A stretch of 64,000 bases of DNA from positions 267,034-331,033 of the forward strand of contig JAHFKV010000001.1 of assembly GCA_023245155.1 (NCBI GenBank), in the 5' to 3' direction. Source of the DNA: Candidatus Staskawiczbacteria bacterium (GTDB lineage: Bacteria > Patescibacteriota > Minisyncoccia > Minisyncoccales > Staskawiczbacteraceae). The notes under the pieces are model-generated. The model made no database searches, was not told the origin of the DNA, and was given only the letters and a program-made list of their open reading frames with translations. Every line of letters begins with the position of its first letter. Position 1 is the first letter of the stretch. Position numbers and translations under genes: made by a program. Positions 1 to 5,761 of this stretch are shown one piece after another.

Positions 1-768
1 GTGGTGGATATTGTCCAGGGCAGGCATCCCATTTCAAATGTTTTAAATATTGCCGATAAGGCATCTTACCTTGGAGTTGATGCAGGTGTATATTTGAGTC
101 GTTATGGTAAAAAAGGCCCCGTGGCCTATCCCTCCGACAAAGAAAACCCAATACATAAGATTGTAAAAAATGACCCTAATATTTGCGGTCTATGGGATAG
201 TGTTACTCTGGAGGGCGATAGGGTTGTTATTGAAGATGCTGATCGCCTGGGAAATTTTTTGAAACTTCGTGCCCTAATGTCTCGAGAGCTTTATACTCAT
301 CCGGGAGCCCGGTTTATGGAAGTGTTGATTGGAAAGATAATTATTCCATATCTTATAAAAGAAAAAGTTATTGATCCAGAAAGGCTACTAGAACAAACTG
401 ATGAAGAATTAAATTACATGGTATCTATGGTTATAGATGAACAAGGTGCAATTAATGCTTCTCGGGTTGAAACATTTTTGACTATAGAAGAAGCAAAAGA
501 AGCCCAAGAAAGACTTGCTAGTCAAGGAGTGAAGATATCTTTTATTGAAAATTTGGCCCCGAGAACAACGGGGGGAAGTTACTTTGTTCGGCCCCGCGAT
601 GGGGGTGACCCAGTTGCTTTTGAAAAAGCGTATCCAAGAAAAACTAGCGAGATTAATAAAATTATGAACTCGGCCAATCCATGCCGGCTCTATTACTTGG
701 ATAAAAGTTTTTCCGTCAGCGATGAGCTCCAAAAAGCAATGGAACAGTTTGACAAGATAGATATTTAG
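1..768 (+). CDS. hypothetical protein, 5'-truncated by the window edge (possibly the C-terminal part of an HD/dNTPase-like phosphohydrolase)
   Basis: Frame is open from base 1 to TAG at 766-768 and no start is visible. Family resemblance is weak (LRALMSRELYTHPGARFMEVLIG). Confidence 0.5.
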   Translation: MVDIVQGRHPISNVLNIADKASYLGVDAGVYLSRYGKKGPVAYPSDKENPIHKIVKNDPNICGLWDSVTLEGDRVVIEDADRLGNFLKLRALMSRELYTHPGARFMEVLIGKIIIPYLIKEKVIDPERLLEQTDEELNYMVSMVIDEQGAINASRVETFLTIEEAKEAQERLASQGVKISFIENLAPRTTGGSYFVRPRDGGDPVAFEKAYPRKTSEINKIMNSANPCRLYYLDKSFSVSDELQKAMEQFDKIDI

Positions 769-776
769 ACTATAAT
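749..776 (+). promoter_or_regulatory. sigma70-type promoter TTGACA-N16-TATAAT
   Basis: TTGACA at 749-754, 16-nt spacer, TATAAT at 771-776. It overlaps the stop codon of the upstream gene. Confidence 0.6.
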
Positions 777-782
777 CAAACT

Positions 783-940
783 AACTATGAATCAAACACT
801 TTGCACATCTTGTTTATATTATTATCTAAACCTTCCCAAGAGGACAGTTTTTAGGTTTAGAAATAATGGTGCAAAAAAATAATCCGCATATTAATATTTC
901 AAACTTTAAAACTGGTCTCTTGGGAGACCAGTTTTTGTTC
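783..940 (+). ncRNA. candidate small transcript: sRNA, or near-leaderless mRNA for a 31-aa micro-ORF (787..882, MNQTLCTSCLYYYLNLPKRTVFRFRNNGAKK)
   Basis: Bounded by a consensus promoter and an intrinsic terminator. Nested helices at 800-806/869-875 and 826-833/853-860. No ORF of 60 aa or more. Confidence 0.4.
908..940 (+). terminator. rho-independent terminator
   Basis: Stem ACTGGTCTC (911-919) pairs with GAGACCAGT (924-932), loop TTGG, followed by a T-run. Confidence 0.8.
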
Positions 941-961
941 TTTTAACCATGGGAGAATCGT

Positions 962-1489
962 ATGTGTAAAATGGTTTGTGTTTCGGGTAATGTCGGATCG
1001 GGCAAATCAACTTGTGCGCGCAAGATTGTGCAAAAGGTTGGTGGCTTGGTGTTTGACATCGACGTCGTCAAAAGGGAGCTTGTTGATCCCAGGCTGGTAA
1101 CAAAGCAAGTGGACCCGCCGGAAATAAGATGGCAGTGCTACTTAGAATCTTTCCGGCGCATTCTTCTGCTTTTTGAAGGGGGTGCGTCCACCGTGGTTGT
1201 GGATGAGGTTTTCCACCTACAAGATTTGCGGACTAGGCTGGAAGATTGTTGCATTACGGCTGGGGTCGAAGTTTTCTGGGTCCACATGCAGTGTTCCTAT
1301 GCGCAAGTCGAGAGACGGCTTCAGGCGAGGGCTCGTGAAGGCCACATCTTGTCAACAGCAGAGGCCCTGAAGATGTATTTGCTCTTTGAGGGCATCTTTG
1401 AGCCGTTTCCTGCTGATAAGCCAAACCACATCGTCTACAATAATGACGGAGACGGTGACATTGACGCCCTTGTTTTGGCTCTTGGCTGA
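962..1489 (+). CDS. P-loop NTPase / AAA_33-like kinase
   Basis: Walker A motif GNVGSGKST near the N-terminus; 175 aa; visibly more G+C-rich than its neighbours. Confidence 0.7.
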   Translation: MCKMVCVSGNVGSGKSTCARKIVQKVGGLVFDIDVVKRELVDPRLVTKQVDPPEIRWQCYLESFRRILLLFEGGASTVVVDEVFHLQDLRTRLEDCCITAGVEVFWVHMQCSYAQVERRLQARAREGHILSTAEALKMYLLFEGIFEPFPADKPNHIVYNNDGDGDIDALVLALG

Positions 1490-1569
1490 GTGTGGGTTTG
1501 GGGGGCTGGCGTATAGTTTTACTAACGCCAGCCCTTTCTTTGATTGATAAAGTAAAATATAATAAATTT

Positions 1570-2289
1570 ATGAACAAAAAAAATACATTAAAAAAAATAA
1601 AGGCGCTTGCATTAAATATAGACCACAATATTGCCTTTAAAGGTAAATCAAAGGGGAATAAACACTTGATGAGGGTTGTTCGTGTGGCAGAATTTTTGGC
1701 GCAAAAAACCGGGGCAGACCAATTTATTACCACAGCCGGAGCATTTTTACACGACACGGCGCTACCTTCCGGTAATGATTACAATTATTTGCAAAATAAG
1801 AAAATAGTAAAGCGCTTACTTAAAACATTTCACCTTAATCAAAATGAATTAGACTCCATTGCCGAGTGCGTGGCATCTCACGAGGGTACGGTCAAACCAA
1901 AAACCTTGGAAGCAAAAATTGTTCACGACGCTGATGTTCTTGAAAAGGCGGGATTGTTGGGAATTATCCGTCATACCTGGAAATTGACCAATTCGGGTAA
2001 GATTAACCACAACATGGTAAAAGATGAGGATGTTAAAAAAGTTTTGGATCACATAGTTTGGCGCAGTAAGAGATTGCAGACGCCGATGGCAAAAAAAATA
2101 CAAAAATATGTCACGGTATCCATAGATAGGCGGCGGGCAAAAGTGATAGTTTCATTGACGGCTGGTATGGCGTTTAAGGGCATTATTACCGAAAAAATAG
2201 CTGTAGCGATTCGAAAACATCTTACCAAACAACAAAATAAAAAGCTAAAAGAGCAGCTAAGTCTTAGTTACTTTTCTAGGTTTAAGTAG
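1570..2289 (+). CDS. HD-domain phosphohydrolase
   Basis: H...HD signature (KHLMRVVRVAEF...AFLHDTA) and a second HDADVLEK. I prefer ATG 1570 to the GTG at 1492 because 1492-1569 is an AT-rich spacer. Confidence 0.8.
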   Translation: MNKKNTLKKIKALALNIDHNIAFKGKSKGNKHLMRVVRVAEFLAQKTGADQFITTAGAFLHDTALPSGNDYNYLQNKKIVKRLLKTFHLNQNELDSIAECVASHEGTVKPKTLEAKIVHDADVLEKAGLLGIIRHTWKLTNSGKINHNMVKDEDVKKVLDHIVWRSKRLQTPMAKKIQKYVTVSIDRRRAKVIVSLTAGMAFKGIITEKIAVAIRKHLTKQQNKKLKEQLSLSYFSRFK

Positions 2290-2298
2290 CCCAAAGGC

Positions 2299-2327
2299 TT
2301 GACATGGTTACTTTACTTTGCTAAAGT
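2299..2327 (+). promoter_or_regulatory. promoter TTGACA-N17-TAAAGT with an embedded TACTTTACTTT box, 6 nt upstream of the ATG
   Basis: TTGACA at 2299-2304, TGc-TAAAGT ending at 2327, ATG at 2334. A near-identical copy lies at 3733-3761 on the minus strand. Confidence 0.6.
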
Positions 2328-2333
2328 GGTTGT

Positions 2334-2654
2334 ATGGACTTCAATAGTAAAGAAAGTAGACAATTAATCAGCGCCATTTTGACGCTTAAGACCTATGACG
2401 AAACCAAGCGTTTTTTGCGTGATTTAATGACGGAAAAGGAAATTACCGAGTTTACCAAACGTTTCACCGCTGCCCAAATGCTGGCTGAAAAAGTGCCTTA
2501 TTCTGTGATTGAGAAAAAGACCGGTTTAAGTTCCACTACCGTGGCCCGTGTTTCCAAATGGCTGAATGGAAAAGAAGGCGGTTACAAAAAAGCTATTCAA
2601 AAACTGCATCATCATACATTCCATCCAAAAAAGGAGGGGATTGCCTTGATGTAA
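2334..2654 (+). CDS. YerC/YecD-family TrpR-like DNA-binding protein
   Basis: 106 aa. FLRDLMTEKEITEFTKRFTAAQML...KTGLSSTTVARVSKWL matches the Trp-repressor-like YerC family pattern. Confidence 0.85.
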   Translation: MDFNSKESRQLISAILTLKTYDETKRFLRDLMTEKEITEFTKRFTAAQMLAEKVPYSVIEKKTGLSSTTVARVSKWLNGKEGGYKKAIQKLHHHTFHPKKEGIALM

Positions 2655-2673
2655 TACAGAACAACATAAAGCC

Positions 2674-2708
2674 AACCCTCTCCTTGTTTGGAGAGGGTTT
2701 TTGTTTTC
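2674..2708 (+). terminator. rho-independent terminator
   Basis: AACCCTCTCC (2674-2683) pairs with GGAGAGGGTT (2690-2699), followed by TTTGTTTT. Confidence 0.75.
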
Positions 2709-2751
2709 CGTACCCTGAACGGCGAACAAATGTCTTTTAGGAGACCGTGTC

Positions 2752-2853
2752 ATGAAATGTTCTTTGCACAAAGGTGGCGAACACACTCGTGAGGGTGGCG
2801 AACATCGCCGGCAGGGTGGTGAGCACCTCCGCCAAGGAGGTGAGCATCGCTAA
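2752..2853 (+). CDS. 33-aa repeat microprotein MKCSLHKGGEHTREGGEHRRQGGEHLRQGGEHR
   Basis: AGGAG at 2739-2743 sits 8 nt before the ATG. Four GGEHxRx units whose GGEH cores differ only at synonymous third positions. A strong + strand terminator follows. Confidence 0.6.
   Translation: MKCSLHKGGEHTREGGEHRRQGGEHLRQGGEHR
2773..2850 (+). repeat. 21-bp tandem repeat (3.7 copies), coding
   Basis: GGTGGCGAACACACTCGTGAG / GGTGGCGAACATCGCCGGCAG / GGTGGTGAGCACCTCCGCCAA / GGAGGTGAGCATCGC. Confidence 0.9.
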
Positions 2854-2878
2854 CAGTGACCGCTAGGTCACTATGCGT

Positions 2879-2919
2879 GGGTAGTTTGGGGCTTGTCCTC
2901 AAACTACCCTTTTTATTTT
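2879..2919 (+). terminator. rho-independent terminator (+ polarity) overlapping the 3' end of the convergent gene
   Basis: 13-bp stem GGGTAGTTTGGGG (2879-2891) pairs with CCTCAAACTACCC (2897-2909), followed by TTTTTATTTT. A smaller hairpin lies at 2855-2872. Confidence 0.8.
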
Positions 2920-3726
2920 CTGTGCCAGGAGAAAGGCTTCTTGTCCTGGTTGATTCTCATTGCCAGAAAAAAGAATTACACTGTTTCTTTTTGCACCCAC
3001 TTTTATTTTTCCGTCAGTGCCGATAATCTGGCCTCTGCGTACTTTTTCAAAATCTTGAAAATACTTTGTAAGAGTGAAAATGGGATTTTTTGTCACATAC
3101 ATATGATATACATTCATGTAAGATTGTTTTTTAGTTTTTAGATTATTGGCAATGTGCCCACGAGCCTTAAGAAAAGCGATAATAGCATCTTCCGCCTTTT
3201 TTAGAGACCGCGGGTCGTTGTGTTGGCCGCATTCAATACAAATTCCTATTTTGCTGATTTGGTTCATGTAATAATCCGTACCACCAGGTTGCACATTGTC
3301 AAAACCCGATACAACTAGCTTAACCGGTAGGTACTTTGCAATATCAAAGCCATTAGCTTGGCAGATGACAAATGCCTTGTTTTTCACTTTACGGCTTGAA
3401 TGTAGATCAAGAAGTGCATCAACCTTATTGAGATACTTTTTTAAAAACTGGGCACGTTGATATTCGTAACTCCTTCTATCTTTTTTTGGAATTCCAGTGC
3501 GATATTTAAACATCCGGTTTAAATCAGCCTCGGTAAACCGCACCTTTCTCTTTATAGCTTCGGGATTTCCATAACCAAAAAACACCCTGCCCTTTTGTAT
3601 GGTAAGAGAGGGGAGTAGTCTTTTGAAAGCTTCTACGCCACATGGTTCATTGCCATGAACTCCCGCTAGAATCATGCTAGTTGGCCCCCCATTCCTCCCC
3701 TTTATTTGAATGATTTTTTCTAGCAT
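2899..3726 (-). CDS. succinylglutamate desuccinylase/aspartoacylase (AstE/AspA) family zinc hydrolase
   Basis: Contains AGVHGNEPCG, DLNRMF and LDLHSS motifs; 275 aa. Confidence 0.85.
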   Translation of the reverse strand: MLEKIIQIKGRNGGPTSMILAGVHGNEPCGVEAFKRLLPSLTIQKGRVFFGYGNPEAIKRKVRFTEADLNRMFKYRTGIPKKDRRSYEYQRAQFLKKYLNKVDALLDLHSSRKVKNKAFVICQANGFDIAKYLPVKLVVSGFDNVQPGGTDYYMNQISKIGICIECGQHNDPRSLKKAEDAIIAFLKARGHIANNLKTKKQSYMNVYHMYVTKNPIFTLTKYFQDFEKVRRGQIIGTDGKIKVGAKRNSVILFSGNENQPGQEAFLLAQKIKRVV

Positions 3727-3731
3727 GATAT

Positions 3732-3761
3732 TACTTTACTAAAGTAAAGTAGCAAAGTCAA
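3732..3761 (-). promoter_or_regulatory. promoter TTGACT-N17-TAAAGT with palindrome TACTTTACT-TT-AGTAAAGTA, 6 nt upstream of the ATG
   Basis: On the minus strand: -35 at 3761-3756, -10 at 3738-3733, start codon at 3726. Perfect 9-bp inverted repeat at 3732-3751. Confidence 0.6.
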
Positions 3762-3771
3762 ATAGAAAAGC

Positions 3772-3799
3772 TTGACAGGAATTTTATAGCTGCTAGACT
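3772..3799 (+). promoter_or_regulatory. promoter TTGACA-N16-TGcTAGACT
   Basis: TTGACA at 3772-3777; extended -10 at 3791-3799. Confidence 0.55.
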
Positions 3800-3805
3800 T
3801 AAACC

Positions 3806-4004
3806 AAGTTCATTTTCAATTGCAATATCCATGACTTCGGTCCCTTTAGCAATAAAGGGGTGGGCCAAGGTCGTCCTTCAATGGACAGGATGGTTTGTGC
3901 AAAAGTGCAAGCCCGGCTTCCTCCGTAACCATAGGATAATTGATGAAACCCAAGAGGGCAGAGTTAATGAGAAAACAACGGCGCTGTTTGAGCGTTTTTT
4001 GTTT
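3806..4004 (+). ncRNA. candidate structured leader RNA or sRNA upstream of the 4145 gene
   Basis: cUUCGg hairpin at 3833-3842. GCAA-capped 6-7-bp hairpin at 3842-3859. Hairpin at 3867-3878. These are enclosed by 3828-3832/3881-3885. Helix 3890-3895/3927-3932. Weak stem plus T6 at 3982-4004. Confidence 0.4.
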
Positions 4005-4144
4005 AAACAAGGGTGGTACCACGAGTAAAAACTTCTCGTCCCTGTGCGTAATTTAGTTATGCATAGAGATGGGAAGTTTTTTTGTACACGGATAATCTGT
4101 GTACGCTTCCTAAACAGTTCTTTACAACACGGAAAGGAGCACCC

Positions 4145-4939
4145 ATGCCCCCATTGATTGATTGGGATCGGCTGACAAGCTTCGTTGCAAAGGAGGCAAA
4201 AACCAGAGGTCGGCCGGACAGATCAACCGTAGTCTTGGACGGCCTCAAGGGCATTGCACAGCAGGCTGGCGATTTTTCCTGCAATCGGCAAATGTTGGTC
4301 AAAATCGCCAAAGTGCTGTTTTCCGACCAGCCGGTCTTGATTGCGCCTTGCTGTCCTGACTACGGTCACCGGGATGGCCGCTACACGTTCAAAGGCCTGG
4401 GCGGCGGAGTTTCTCTACTGGCCCAAAAGCAGATTGCCTTTTTGGATCTGGTGTGTGCCGCCATCCCAAAAATTTCCATCATGCTGATGATGGCGGATCA
4501 CGAAGCGGATGATGAGGAAATTTGCCGAGCCGTGAAAACGCCGCGGGCAGATTTTCTGAAGCTCATTGACCAGTCCATTGAGGCGACCAGAGCCGTTGTC
4601 GCGCCAAGGGGATGGCAAGTTGAGTGCATGACACACGTGATTAAAGGCTTGGTGGCGCGTGAACAAGAAGCCGCTTGCTGGATTGCTGGTCAGGATGGTT
4701 TTCGCTGCCGGCTGACGCTTGATACGATCAATCGTTCACAGATGTATCGTAACATTAATGCTTCCCTTACCAAGGAGGAGATGCTACAGAGAACCATCAG
4801 GACGGCCGCCCAGTACGTGGCTTTGGGTAGGTATGCCACAGAGCAAGAGTGGCTGGTCTGCAATCATACTACGGTCAATTTGTCGTGGTATTTGCAGGTG
4901 CAAACGGCGGTGTTGCACAATCCCGTTTGCGTGTATTAA
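4145..4939 (+). CDS. hypothetical protein (G+C-rich orphan)
   Basis: AAAGGAG at 4133-4139 precedes ATG 4145. 264 aa; contains LIAPCCPDYGHRDGRYTF. I do not recognise the family. Confidence 0.65.
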   Translation: MPPLIDWDRLTSFVAKEAKTRGRPDRSTVVLDGLKGIAQQAGDFSCNRQMLVKIAKVLFSDQPVLIAPCCPDYGHRDGRYTFKGLGGGVSLLAQKQIAFLDLVCAAIPKISIMLMMADHEADDEEICRAVKTPRADFLKLIDQSIEATRAVVAPRGWQVECMTHVIKGLVAREQEAACWIAGQDGFRCRLTLDTINRSQMYRNINASLTKEEMLQRTIRTAAQYVALGRYATEQEWLVCNHTTVNLSWYLQVQTAVLHNPVCVY

Positions 4940-4941
4940 TC

Positions 4942-4985
4942 GTTGCCGCCTAAACTTGTACAAGTTTAGGCGGCAACATCTTTTC
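4942..4985 (+). terminator. terminator-like perfect palindrome
   Basis: GTTGCCGCCTAAACTTGT pairs with ACAAGTTTAGGCGGCAAC (4942-4977), followed by ATCTTTTC. Confidence 0.65.
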
Positions 4986-5576
4986 ATGATTACTTTTATT
5001 AAAACGTTGCGCTATGAGACAAATCCCAAAGAAACGGATGTGTTTGAATATCTTACGCTTTTAGGTTTGCAAAAAATAGATCCTGCCAGTACTGCAAACT
5101 CTTTTTTAACTCTTGACGCAGATGTTATTTTTTATTCACCATTAAAAAGAGTTGCAACCACGATACGTTTGCCCAAACATAAAAAAATCACGGCCGTAAA
5201 AAAAGATGCCCTTAAAGAAATTGTGTTTGATCTTGAAAAATTATGTTCAAAACAAGAGTATCAAAAGTACAAAAGCAAGATTGTCAGAAGAAGATTTAAA
5301 GAAGCTTTTATCCAAGATGCGCTGCCCGTTAAAAGAGCATTTATTTTTAGAGAAATAAAAGATATATTACGTTTATGTTTAATCTATCAAGAGGCAACCG
5401 TTGCCATTGTTTCGCATTCTTTTCGTTTAAAAATTATGGAAGCGTTTATTAAAACAAAAGGTAAAATTATATCTAACCCGGCATTGATTCATACCTATAT
5501 TTTTGACGATCAAAAGACCTATGAATTCGGTGAAGGTTTTACAATAGATACTAAAGATCTGCAGTTTTTAAGATAA
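4986..5576 (+). CDS. histidine phosphatase (PGAM/SixA-like) family protein
   Basis: Contains YSPLKRVATTI and IVSHSFRLKIMEAF motifs. ATG 4986 follows the terminator. The 4719 extension in the ORF track overlaps the upstream gene. Confidence 0.6.
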   Translation: MITFIKTLRYETNPKETDVFEYLTLLGLQKIDPASTANSFLTLDADVIFYSPLKRVATTIRLPKHKKITAVKKDALKEIVFDLEKLCSKQEYQKYKSKIVRRRFKEAFIQDALPVKRAFIFREIKDILRLCLIYQEATVAIVSHSFRLKIMEAFIKTKGKIISNPALIHTYIFDDQKTYEFGEGFTIDTKDLQFLR

Positions 5577-5581
5577 CAAAA

Positions 5582-5611
5582 AGCGGGTGGGGGCGAGCTG
5601 CCCGTTTATTT
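5582..5611 (+). terminator. weak terminator-like hairpin
   Basis: AGCGGG (5582-5587) pairs with CCCGTT (5601-5606), followed by TATTT. Confidence 0.4.
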
Positions 5612-5681
5612 GGACTAGATTGAGCAGTTGTGTTTTGTATTTAGAAATAAAGATTAAAACACTAAAGTCAAAAGTTAATAG

Positions 5682-5708
5682 TTAGCACTCCCTCTTGCAC
5701 TCTGCTAA
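5682..5708 (+). promoter_or_regulatory. CIRCE-like (HrcA-type) operator, degenerate right arm
   Basis: TTAGCACTC-N9-CTCTGCTAA versus consensus TTAGCACTC-N9-GAGTGCTAA. It lies 54 nt upstream of clpB. Confidence 0.5.
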
Positions 5709-5723
5709 GTTTTGATATACAAT
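5695..5723 (+). promoter_or_regulatory. putative clpB promoter TTGCAC-N17-TACAAT
   Basis: -35 at 5695-5700 and -10 at 5718-5723; overlaps the CIRCE-like element. Confidence 0.45.
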
Positions 5724-5761
5724 TGAAACCAAATACGTCATAATAAACGTAATAATTATAT

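Noticed and set aside
1254-1757. 167-aa minus-strand ORF spanning the P-loop/HD gene junction.
   Set aside because: It is antisense to two motif-supported plus-strand genes, with no recognisable motifs of its own.
2773-2850. The 21-bp tandem repeats considered as a CRISPR-like array, iterons or DNA-level binding sites.
   Set aside because: There are no spacers, and the repeats are in frame within an SD-preceded ORF. Core differences are synonymous third-position changes, which indicates a coding repeat.
3910-3935. The minus strand reads CGGAGGAAGCCGGGCTTGCAC, resembling the RNase P RNA CR-I box (GAGGAAAGUCCGGGC).
   Set aside because: A full RNase P RNA would need about 300 more nt downstream on the minus strand. 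That would run into the well-supported AstE-family CDS (2899-3726). No CR-IV or CR-V-like boxes are seen, and the promoter evidence here favours plus-strand transcription.
3941-3965. GATGAAACCC and AAGAGGGCAGAG resemble pieces of the SAM-I riboswitch core.
   Set aside because: The two pieces are in the opposite order to the SAM-I consensus, and the remaining conserved segments are missing.
3831-4028. 65-aa ORF (MTSVPLAIKGWAKVV...) from the ORF track.
   Set aside because: No SD sequence, Trp-rich odd composition, and it overlaps tetraloop-capped helices and the terminator-like T-run. More likely non-coding leader sequence, but not fully excluded.
4719-4985. N-terminal extension of ORF 4719-5576 (Arg/Cys-rich).
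   Set aside because: It overlaps the 3' end of the 4145-4939 gene in another frame and crosses the 36-nt palindromic terminator. ATG 4986 gives a sensible histidine-phosphatase N-terminus.
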